Below, piece after piece: positions 27,938-38,500 of a stretch of DNA of 48,498 nt. The DNA comes from Bacteroidia bacterium (lineage in GTDB: Bacteria; Bacteroidota; Bacteroidia; J057; RFSG01). The stretch is from the NCBI GenBank assembly GCA_040381555.1, contig JBEIHC010000003.1, positions 1 to 48,498 of the forward strand. Reading direction: 5' to 3'. The notes below the pieces were generated by a model. That model was not told where the DNA came from. It did not search any database and saw only the letters and a list, made by a program, of their open reading frames with translations. Numbering within the stretch: position 1 is the first letter of the stretch; every line of letters starts with the position of its first letter. The position numbers and the translations under genes were made by a program.

Positions 27938-30823
27938 ATGAGACACCTGTTTTTACTCCTGTTCATCAGTCCACTATTCTCCTTGGCCCAATCTACCGGG
28001 AAATATTGGCAACAAAATGTCAATTATGTAATTGATGCTCGATTAGATACCGCTCTGCATCAGATTCATGGGAAATTAGAATTGACCTATCAGAATAATT
28101 CCCCTGATACCCTGGGTTTTATTTGGTTTCATTTATGGCCCAAAGCCTATTCCTCCACCCGTTCGGAGTTTGCCAAAAGAAAAGCCGAATCGGGTAGTGT
28201 GGATTTTCACTTTGCCTCTAAAAACAATTGGGGCGATATGGATAGTCTGGCATTTTTTTCAGCAAATGTTTCTTTGAAAGTCGAAGAACATCCCCATTGG
28301 ATAGATGTAGTAAAAGTTTATTTGGAACAACCTTTATTACCAGGTAAGGAAGTAAGCATTCAAACTCCCTTTCGCACGACTATTCCTACTAATTTTTCTC
28401 GACTGGGCAGAGCTGGTAAAGCGTATCAAATTTCTCAATGGTACCCTAAGCCTGCGGTTTATGACCCAAAGGGCTGGCATCCCATGCCGTATTTAGACCA
28501 GGGGGAATTTTACAGTGAGTTTGGTTCTTTTTCGGTTAGCCTGACAGTTCCAGCAGGATATGTGGTGGCAGCCACAGGAGAATGCCAAACCCCTGCAGAA
28601 AATCAGTTGATGAACGCGCTGGTGGGAGGAGAAAAAATTGTTGCTCCACAAGGAGAGCGAAAATTTGAGTACAAGCTGGATCGTATTCACGATTTTGCCT
28701 GGTTTGCAGATCCTGGTTTTGAGATTTGTCAAAAGGAGTTTTCATTGACCTCGGGGAAAAAAATTACTGCCCGAGCATTTTATAAAAAGGAGAATGAAAA
28801 GGAATGGCAGTATGGATGTGAATTTTTAGAAAGATCGGTTCGATGGTATTCGGAAAAAGTAGGAGAATATCCTTATTCTGTGGTGAGTGCTGTGGATGGA
28901 GCTTTGTTGGCGGGGGGAGGGATGGAATATCCGACAATTACAGTTATTGGGAGTGTGGGCGATACGACAGGTTTGGAGCAGGTGATTTTGCATGAAGTCG
29001 GGCATAATTGGTTTTATGGAATATTGGGCAGTCAGGAAAGACAATTTCCTTGGATGGATGAGGGCGTAAATTCTTACTATGAAGAATTATATATTCAAAA
29101 GAAAATCCAGGATGCTCAAAAGGGAAAAGCAGATTCTTTGAAGCCAACCTTGAATATTAATGGACTGAAGTTGAATGTGGGTATTGGGAATGCTCGAGAC
29201 CTGATGGAAGTAGGCTGGGTTCATACAAGCCGTCAGGGGAATGCCTTGCCTGCGGGTTCTGCCTCTGATGAATTTTCACAGGTTGGATATGGGGTAGTAG
29301 TGTATGGATATTCTGCCCGGTTGATGGATTACCTAGAGGCATGGATGGGGACAGATACTTTTGATCGTGCCATGCAAGAGTACTATCGCAGATGGTCATT
29401 CAAACATCCTTATCCGGAAGATATGCAAGCTGTGCTGGAAGAAGTTTCCGGGAAAAAGTTGGATTGGTTTTTCAAGGGCATAATTGAGCAGGGGGATGCA
29501 CCTGATTTTCGAATTCGAAAATTCAAGCCTAACACACAAGAATTGGTATTAAAAAATAATGCCCCATTGGGTGCACCCGTGCAGGTAAGTTGGATGAATG
29601 GAAAGGAAACGGTTCGCTCAATATGGACAGATCCATTTGTAGGAAAATGGACCCTTACCCAAAAAGTGAAGGAGCCATTTACGCATATACGATTGAATGC
29701 CGACAAGCAAATGCCAGACATTAATGCTAAAAATAATGTTGTGTACAATCGAACCCTTTTTAGGAAAATTAAACCATTAAAAATTTCCGTTTTGCCGGTA
29801 CTGGATCGGTTAGATCATTTTCCGGTATATGTGGTTCCCGTGATAGGAGGCAATACAACAGATGGTTTACTGGCAGGTCTTTGGTTCGGCAATCAGTTTA
29901 TTCCCTCTCCCCGGTTTCGTGTCAGCATTATGCCGATGTATGGATTTAGAAGTGAGGAACTGTTGGGGAGTATCTATTTGAGAAAAGATTTTATTCCGAG
30001 ATCTGGGATATTTTCGAAGATACAGAGTAGTTATTCTCAAGATGCTTATTCTGGTATGCTTCGTGCTAGGCCACAGATACAATTTTTCGGTCGGCGAAAC
30101 GACCATAACAGATCCCTCAAAACTGAATTGAGCTTAGCCTGGAATATGGTTTGGACACAGGCCGGAGATCTAAGTTATTTACCTCAACGCTATGATATAG
30201 GGGAGATGCAAGGTTCTGTATCTGGAGGTACAAAAGTGAGGAATTGGAAAATGCAATCTGGATTGCGTTGGTACCCGGAGCATTTTCTGCTTTGGGAAAA
30301 TACTTTGAGTGGAAAGCTGAGATATTTGAAGAATGATGCCGTGCATTGGAGAGCCTATGCAGGGTATTTTATTGACCGTACAGAAGTGGGTTCAGCGTTT
30401 CAATTAGGGGTATCCGGGAGTACAGATTATTTGATGAATCAGGTGTTTTTGGATAGAGCCATAACCTCAGAGGCCTATCGGGGGATTATCAATCAAACCG
30501 ATGGGTTGCAGGGGGGATTTGCTTCCTGGAATCCCATTCGAAGTGATCAATGGTTGCAGGCTCTGAATGTGCGAGTAGATTTACCCTATATGCCCTTTCA
30601 GATATATGGGGATGTAGCCAATTTTCAGTATGCTGGATTTTTGCCTTGGGATGCCGGTATGGTGTTGAAAGTCATACCCGATATTTGGGAGTTTTACTTT
30701 CCGATTTTGGGATCTCAATATCAGGGAAAAACAGTCAGTTTTAAAGAATATGGCACTCAGATTCGATTTTTGCTTCGCCTAAATTTATTAACTCCGGATA
30801 AACTATCCGAACGATTGAAGTAA
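27938..30823 (+). CDS. M1 family zinc metallopeptidase (aminopeptidase N-like) with long C-terminal extension
   Basis: It has a signal peptide, a GAMEN-like GGGMEYPT, the zinc site HEVGHNWFYG...WMDEG (HExxH-x18-E), and ~550 further residues that look beta-rich. Confidence 0.85.
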   Translation: MRHLFLLLFISPLFSLAQSTGKYWQQNVNYVIDARLDTALHQIHGKLELTYQNNSPDTLGFIWFHLWPKAYSSTRSEFAKRKAESGSVDFHFASKNNWGDMDSLAFFSANVSLKVEEHPHWIDVVKVYLEQPLLPGKEVSIQTPFRTTIPTNFSRLGRAGKAYQISQWYPKPAVYDPKGWHPMPYLDQGEFYSEFGSFSVSLTVPAGYVVAATGECQTPAENQLMNALVGGEKIVAPQGERKFEYKLDRIHDFAWFADPGFEICQKEFSLTSGKKITARAFYKKENEKEWQYGCEFLERSVRWYSEKVGEYPYSVVSAVDGALLAGGGMEYPTITVIGSVGDTTGLEQVILHEVGHNWFYGILGSQERQFPWMDEGVNSYYEELYIQKKIQDAQKGKADSLKPTLNINGLKLNVGIGNARDLMEVGWVHTSRQGNALPAGSASDEFSQVGYGVVVYGYSARLMDYLEAWMGTDTFDRAMQEYYRRWSFKHPYPEDMQAVLEEVSGKKLDWFFKGIIEQGDAPDFRIRKFKPNTQELVLKNNAPLGAPVQVSWMNGKETVRSIWTDPFVGKWTLTQKVKEPFTHIRLNADKQMPDINAKNNVVYNRTLFRKIKPLKISVLPVLDRLDHFPVYVVPVIGGNTTDGLLAGLWFGNQFIPSPRFRVSIMPMYGFRSEELLGSIYLRKDFIPRSGIFSKIQSSYSQDAYSGMLRARPQIQFFGRRNDHNRSLKTELSLAWNMVWTQAGDLSYLPQRYDIGEMQGSVSGGTKVRNWKMQSGLRWYPEHFLLWENTLSGKLRYLKNDAVHWRAYAGYFIDRTEVGSAFQLGVSGSTDYLMNQVFLDRAITSEAYRGIINQTDGLQGGFASWNPIRSDQWLQALNVRVDLPYMPFQIYGDVANFQYAGFLPWDAGMVLKVIPDIWEFYFPILGSQYQGKTVSFKEYGTQIRFLLRLNLLTPDKLSERLK

Positions 30824-31006
30824 AGCGCAAATGAAAAAATGCTCTAATTTGGCTTGTAAAGGGGTTTTTGTTTTCAAGTATGCTGTTGGGGTGAATTTTG
30901 GGGTGGCTGTTTAGGAGTGAGTAGTTCCTGTTTCGGGAAAATAAGTTTGTAGAATAATTGTAATTCCGTTAATTTCGGACTCGGTGTATTCAATTTACCA
31001 ATCATA

Positions 31007-32554
31007 ATGAAAAAATCTGCACTCCTATTATTCTTCTTTTCTTTTCTCCTGAGTAGCGGCGTTTATGCCAATTACATCACCATCCAGAATGGTTCCGTAA
31101 CAGGGGCTACTTCCACTACAGCTCAAATTCAGTATGATATGTTTTGGGAAAATTCCTGGAGGGATGCAATCAATTGGGATGCTGCTTGGGTTTTTGTTAA
31201 GTATAATACTGGTTCAGGATGGAATCATTGTACTTTATCTGCCACAGGACATATAGCCGGAACAGCTACTCCTACACCGACCATTTCGGTTCCGACAGAC
31301 AACAAAGGGGCATTTGTTTTGAGAAGCTCCGTCAGCAATGGTACCTACACAATAACAGGTCAGCAGTTGAGATGGAATTTTCAAGCAGATGGATTAAATC
31401 AGACTCAAGCTACGACCGCACAGATTCGGATTTTTGGGATAGAGATGGTGTATATACCAACGGGAACATTTGCCTTGGGAGACGGGAATGGGGTAACAGA
31501 ATCCCAAAACTCCATTTGGGCTGGTGCTGATAATTACGCGTATGGCGTGAGTGCTAACATGTCTCCTTTGCTTTCTGCAGATGCAGCTTTGGTGAATAGT
31601 ACGGGTGCTGCTACTTCTATTCGAATACATGGAACGCTTGGATTAGATGAAGATGGAAACATGACGGTAGATAATCCTTCTTACCCCTTGGGCTTCACTC
31701 ATTTTTATTCCATGAAGTATGAAATTTCTCAAGGTCAATATGCCGAATTTTTAAATACACTTACTACCGGACAAGCCACAGCAAGATATTATCCTACCTT
31801 GCAAAATCGGTACACTATTTCAGTGTCGAGTAATGTCTATTCAGCAGGCAGACCTGATCGTGCTTGTAATTATATTAGTTGGGTGGATGGCTGCTCTTAT
31901 GCTGATTGGGCTGGATTGCGACCGATGACGGAATTGGAATATGAGAAAATGTGTCGTGGACCCTTAGCGCCAATACTCAATGAAAGACCTTGGGGGAATA
32001 CCAACATTAGTATATTTACTTCAGACAATCCTTCCTTTACTACCTCGGAAAATGGCACTGAGGTCCCTGCCAATACTATCCGTTATGCTCATAATCCAAC
32101 AAGTGTAATCAATGGAGGAGATGGAGGTCAAGGTCCTATTCGTTCGGGGATGTTCGCTCGATCTACTACCACTACTCGAGCAACTTCAGGGGCAACCTAT
32201 TATGGGGTTATGGATGCGGGAGATAATTTACTGGAAAGTTATGTAACCATTGCCCATGTGAATGGTCGTTCTTTCAGAGGGCATCATGGAGATGGCACTG
32301 TATTTGGCACCAATGGGGTTGCTAATGTAGATTTTTGGCCGGGCATAAATGGCCAAACCAATCAGAACAATCCCAATTTGGCATTTGCCGGTTCCTCCGG
32401 AGTCACTGATTCAGCTTGGATGATGCCGAAAAGTGAGGGTAATTGTGTTTACAATTGTGTCTATTCAGTATCTGGCCGACCTAATAATAGTTGGGCAGGT
32501 GGTACAGGTCGTTTACACTACTGGGGTTTCCGTTGTGGTCGCACTGCTCCTTGA
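31007..32554 (+). CDS. secreted FGE-sulfatase-fold (SUMF1/GldJ/GldK-like) protein, partner 1
   Basis: SPI-type signal peptide (FLLSSGVYA/NY), then a ~130-aa N-terminal domain. FGE-fold landmarks follow: MVYIPTGTFALGDG, FYSMKYEISQGQYAEFLN, RPDRACNYISWVDGCSYADWAGLRPMTELEYEKMCRGP, RPWGN, YYGVMDAGDNLLE, YWGFRCGR. Confidence 0.75.
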   Translation: MKKSALLLFFFSFLLSSGVYANYITIQNGSVTGATSTTAQIQYDMFWENSWRDAINWDAAWVFVKYNTGSGWNHCTLSATGHIAGTATPTPTISVPTDNKGAFVLRSSVSNGTYTITGQQLRWNFQADGLNQTQATTAQIRIFGIEMVYIPTGTFALGDGNGVTESQNSIWAGADNYAYGVSANMSPLLSADAALVNSTGAATSIRIHGTLGLDEDGNMTVDNPSYPLGFTHFYSMKYEISQGQYAEFLNTLTTGQATARYYPTLQNRYTISVSSNVYSAGRPDRACNYISWVDGCSYADWAGLRPMTELEYEKMCRGPLAPILNERPWGNTNISIFTSDNPSFTTSENGTEVPANTIRYAHNPTSVINGGDGGQGPIRSGMFARSTTTTRATSGATYYGVMDAGDNLLESYVTIAHVNGRSFRGHHGDGTVFGTNGVANVDFWPGINGQTNQNNPNLAFAGSSGVTDSAWMMPKSEGNCVYNCVYSVSGRPNNSWAGGTGRLHYWGFRCGRTAP

Positions 32555-32588
32555 TTTCTTCTTTCACCAAAAAATAAAACGAGGCTGA

Positions 32589-35500
32589 ATGAAGCATCTC
32601 ACACGATATTTACTATTCCTGCTTTTCTCCTGGAGTGGATTGATTTGGGCTCAAGCCCCATCCGTTACTGTACTTACTCCTAATGGGGGAGAGGTATGGT
32701 CTGGGGCTACTACCCAAAATATTACTTGGTCTAGTGTGAATATTTCCAATGTAGTTATTGAGTATTCTACCAATAACGGCACCAATTGGATTAACATTGC
32801 TACTTGGCCGGCATCCGCCCAAACTTATGCCTGGGTAGTTCCAGGTGCAGGACCATTGGGTTCCAACCTGTGTTTGGTTCGGATTTACGATGCCCTCAAT
32901 ACAGCGGTTGTCGATCAAAGCAATAATACTTTTACGATTCCTCCTTCCTCTATTACCTTATTACAACCCAATGGAGGGGAGCAATGGCCAGTAGGAAGTC
33001 TCCAATCGATCGTATGGACGCATAGCTCTATTCTGAATATTGATATTGAATATTCTACCAATAATGGCACGAACTGGACCAGTATAGCCACCAATATTCC
33101 GGCTTTAAGGGGTTTCCATAATTGGACGATTCCAGCAACCGTAAGCAGCAATTGTATTGTACGAGTCAAAGATGCTGTGAATCCTTTGACGGTGAATGAT
33201 GTCAGTAATTCTACTTTTTCCATTATTGCTGCCCTAACAATAGATCTGGTTAAATATAGGGGCGGTAGCTTTGACGGGTTTACTTTTTGTCAAAATGCAG
33301 CACCCGCAGTCACAGTACTCACTCCCAATGGTGGAGAAGTTTGGCCGGGTGCCACCACCCAGAATATTACTTGGTCTTATACCAATATTCCGAATAATGT
33401 ACTCATTGAGGTGAGTTATAATAATGGCTCCAATTGGACCACTCTTACCACTTGGCCAGCGTCGGCTCAGACTTTTCCTTGGGTAGTTTCCGGAATTGGA
33501 TCTACTACTTGTTTGGTTCGGGTTAGTGATGCTCAAAATTCTACCATTAATGATGTTAGTAATGCGAATTTCACGATTCCGACAGCGACTATTTCTGTGG
33601 TTCAAGCCAATGGTGGGGAGCAATGGTCTGTTGGTAGCCTTCAGTCTATCGTCTGGAATTCTCAAAGTGTGAATAATGTCAATATAGATTATTCCACCAA
33701 TAATGGTACTTCCTGGGTTTCTGTTGCCACCAATCAAACCGCCCAAAGAGGATTCTTTAACTGGACAATCCCTGCTACTGTTAGTGCCAATTGTTTGGTT
33801 CGGGTGACTGATGCCAGCAATCCTTTAGTAACAGATAATAGTGATGCGGTATTTTCTATAATTGCAGCTCTTACGGTTGATGTGGTTAAGTATAGAGGAG
33901 GGAGTTTTGATGGCTTTACTATTTGTTCAAATCAGACCCCCGCTATTACCGTTCTTACGCCCAATGGGGGAGAAATCTGGTCAGGGGCAACTACTCAAAA
34001 TATCACTTGGTCCTACACGAATATCAGTAATAATGTTCTGATTGAGTATAGTACCAACAATGGCTCCAGTTGGAACACCATTACCACTTGGCCGGTTACT
34101 GCCCGGACCTATCCTTGGATGGTTCCTGGAGCGGGTCCTTTGGGCAGTACTCAGTGTTTGGTGAGAGTCAGTGATGCTCAAAATACTCTTGTTACCGATC
34201 AAAGTAATGCCACCTTTACCATTCCCGGTTCTTCGGTTACTGTTATTCAACCCAATGGGGGAGAGCAATGGCAAGTGGGGAGTTTGCAATCCATTGTATG
34301 GAATGTGCAATCTGTTTTGACGGTTAATATTGAGTACAGTACCAATAACGGTTCAAATTGGATAAGTATCGCTACGAATTTTAACTCTTCCATTGGATTT
34401 TATAATTGGATAGTACCCGCCACCATCAGTAGTAATTGTATTGTCCGGGTTTCTGATTTCGCCAATACGACTACAGTTAATGATATTAGTAATGCCGTAT
34501 TCTCCATTATTGGGGCATCAACGGTGGATGTAAATAAATATAGAGGAGGAGGGTACGATGGGTTTACCTCCTGTTATACCGGTTGTGTGCCGCCAACAGC
34601 GTCTATGTCTGGCACTCAAACAATCTGTACAGGTAGTTCCGCCAATTTATCGATTAATTTTACCGGTTCTGGTCCTTATGTAATTACTTATACCAATGGC
34701 ACAACTCCTGTTACCCAATCTGGAATTACAGCCAATCCTTTTGTGATTAGTGTTACCCCTACGGTTACTACCTCTTATTCTTTAACAGCCTTAAGTAATA
34801 CTTGTGTAAGCGGTCCTATTTCTGGGTCTGCTTTAGTTACCCTTACTTCAGGGCCAACCGCTACTTTAACTGGAAACCAAACTATTTGCTCAGGGGCTTC
34901 TGTTACCCTGACAGTTGCTTTGGGTGGCGCTTCTCCTTGGACGGTTGTTTGGACAGACGGCACCACTCCCATTACTCAAACAGGTATTACCGGTTCTCCT
35001 TTGTTAATCTCTCAAACTCCTGCCTCTTCGAGAACTTATTCTTTAGTCAGTGTGAGCTCTCCTTCCTGTACAGGGGGATTGGCAACAGGTACCGCTGCCA
35101 TACAGGTAAACGCTCCACCTGTAGTAGCGCTCAGTGGGGGAAATACCATTTGCTCTGGCAATACAGGAACGCTCACCTTTACGCTTAGCGGGAATTCTCC
35201 TTGGGATATTGTTTGGACAGATGGGACTTCTAACTTTACTCAACTCGGGGTAACTTCCAGTCCATTTTTGACAACAGTCACGCTAAGCCAAAGCATTACC
35301 TATTCCCCTGTTTCGGTCATCAATGTTTGTGGTAGTGGAACTGTAAATGGGAATGCCCCATTTGTATTAAATGCTGCTCCAGTAGCCACTCTAACAGGGA
35401 CTCAGACTATTTGCGTTGGAGGCACTGCTGTTTTATCTGTTGGAATCACAGGTATTGCTCCTTGGAGTTTATCGTGGACAGATGGCACTACTCCTCAGAC

Positions 35501-38500
35501 TCAGACGGGAATAACCAGTTCGCCTTATTTTATGGTCGTAACCCCTGGCAGTCAAACTACCTATTCCTTAGTCAGTGTCAGTAGTATTTGCAGTGGAACA
35601 GTTTCCGGTACGGCCATCGTTACCCCTCAGTCTGGTCCTACTGCCACTTTGAGTGGCACACAGACGGTATGTGGAATTGGAACTGCTCAATTGAGTGTCG
35701 CATTAACTGGCTCTGCACCTTGGTCTCTAACCTGGACGAATGGCACTACCCCTGTAACTCAAACCGGAATTACCGGTAGTCCATTTTTATTTACTGTAAC
35801 GCCTACCCAAACTACCACTTATAGTTTAACCGTTGTAAGTACTTCAGGTTGTCCTTCTGGTGTACTTTCTGGAGGGGCAGTTGTGAGCGTTTTTTCTATT
35901 CCTACAGCTAGCTTGAGTGGCACTCAGACGGTTTGTTCCGGAGTATCTGCTAATTTAACTATAAGCTTAACGGGAACTTCCCCCTATCAAATTGTTTGGA
36001 CAAATGGTACGACTCCCCAAACGCTAACAGGGATTACCGGAAGTTCTTATACTTTTTCCGTTACGCCTATTTCCAATACAACCTATTCTTTAGTTTCAAT
36101 TCAGAATAGTTGCACCGGTACAGTTTCCGGGCAAGCAATAGTAACATTGGCAACCTCACCCACTGCAACCCTGAGTGGAACGCAGACGATTTGTGGTGTC
36201 GGATCAGCTAGCTTATCTATTGCATTTACCGGAACAGGTCCCTGGAATGTAAGTTACACCGATGGTACTACTCCCAATGCGGTAAATGGTTTGACCAGTT
36301 CACCCTATGTGTTTTCAGTAACGCCAAGCAGTTCGGTTACCTTTACCCTTTTATCTGTTGCCAATCCTTATTGTAGCAGTGGCTTAGTTTCCGGACAAGC
36401 AATTGTTAGTCATTCCTCAGTACCTACCGCAAGTATTAGCGGAACCCAAAGCATTTGTTCCGGACAATCCGCATCACTGACTGTGAGCTTATCTGGAATT
36501 GCCCCCTGGAATTTAACTTGGACAGATGGTACCAACCCTCAGTCACAAACTGGCATAACAAGTTCCCCCTTTATTGTATCTGTTACTCCAATCAGTACAA
36601 GTACTTATAATTTACTATCAGTGCAGAATATTTGCACTGGTACAGTATCTGGACAAGCTCCTGTTGCTGTGTTATCCCCGGCTTCAGCAACCCTTACCGG
36701 ATCCCAAACAATATGTGGGTCTGGTGCGGCTAGTTTGACAATCACCTTCTCTGGGGCAGGCCCTTGGAATGTAAGCTGGACAAATGGAACAACACTTGCT
36801 AGTCAGAATGGAATTACGGCCTCCCCTTATGTATTTACGGTCACACCAACTGGTTTAACAACCTATAGTTTGGTATCTGTTACTAATCCATTTTGTAGTA
36901 TTGGTTCAGTATCGGGTACAGCATTAGTGAACCAGATGCCTTTGCCTACTGCGACAATCAGTGGCACTCAAAGTCTGTGTGCAGGTCAGTCAGCCCTGAT
37001 CACGGTTAATTTAACAGGCAGCGCTCCCTGGAACTTTACCTGGACAGATGGTACCAATGCGAACACTGTATTGGCAACTACAGCCTCAGTGCATGTGCTA
37101 TCTGTAACACCTGCATCCACAAGAACTTATACAGTCAGCTCAGTTTCGGATGCTTGTGGACTGGGCACTCAATCAGGCAATGCTGCCATTACGGTTACTC
37201 TTTTACCTACTGCAAGCATTTCAGGTACGCAAACGATTTGTATCGGAAGTGGAGCAACTCTCTCTGCAACTTTAACTGGATCCAGCCCTTGGTCTTTAAC
37301 CTGGACAGATGGGGTTAGCCCGGTAATGGTTACAGGAATTACTAGTACTCCTTATACCTGGTCTATCAGCCCCGCGGTTCAAACATCCTACACATTAACC
37401 AATGTAAGTAATGGTTGTGCTGGCTCAGTTTCTGGAATCGCCCTAGTAAGACCGATTGCCGTACCAACGGCTACATTAAGTGGAAATCAAACTGTCTGCC
37501 CCATTCAGGCTGCTCAATTAAGTGTGGCATTAACAGGCGTTCAACCATGGACAATCACCTGGACAAATGGTACAACCCCAATAACTGTAACTGGAATCAA
37601 TACCAGCCCTTATACTTTTTCTGTAACCAGCATGAGCAGTAGGACCTACACCTTAACTCAAGTCGGCTCACAGGGATGCAGTCCTGGCACTGTTTCTGGT
37701 AATGCAGTGGTTAGTATTCAACCTATGCCGACAGCTGCCTTGTCTGGAGCTGGGTCTATTTGCGCCGGACAAACTTTTCAGTTTTCGGTTGCTTTAACAG
37801 GTAGTTCGCCTTGGACTTTCTCCTATACAGATGGAACCAATACGAATTCGATTATAAATACCACCATGACTCCCTACTGGGTGAGTGTTACCCCTTCCAC
37901 TACGCGTACTTATTCTTTGGTTTCTTTGAATAATGCCTGTGGTTCAGGCACAGTCAGCGGAACGGCAAGTGTGCAGGTAACTCAGGTTGTGTCTGCGACG
38001 CTTTCTGGATCTCAAACAATTTGTAATGGGAATAGTGGCAATATCAGCGCCAGCTTAGTGGGCAATGCTCCCTGGAATCTTACCTGGACGGATGGGGTAA
38101 ATTCATTCCCTGTAAGTGGAATTACTTCCAGTCCTTTTGTCTTTTCTGTTTCCCCTACAGCAACTACCACTTTCGTAGTACTGAATGTGAATGCTGGAGG
38201 TTGCGTTGGCTCTGCATTTGGCAGTCATGTTGTATCGGTGATACCCGGTCCAACCTTGAATGTGAGTGGAGGTCAGAATGTATGTTCAGGCGTTGGGGTT
38301 CAAATGAATTTTAGTATGACAGGAAATCCTCCTTGGAACATCACCTTTACCAATGGAACTAATACCTTCACTCAAACTGGATTAACAAGCAGTCCCTATA
38401 TTTTTAATTTTACGCCATCCGCTTCCGTTACCTATACGCCTATTTCAGTGAGTAATGCTTGTGGTGCAGGAAGTGTGAGTGGAAATGCGATTTATCAGGT

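Noticed and set aside
27626-30823. Kunitz protein as the cognate inhibitor of the divergently transcribed M1 peptidase
   Set aside because: Kunitz domains are canonical inhibitors of serine proteases, whereas M1 enzymes are zinc metallo-aminopeptidases. Adjacency alone (a 57-bp divergent gap) does not support an inhibitor-target pair. Possible co-regulation remains open.
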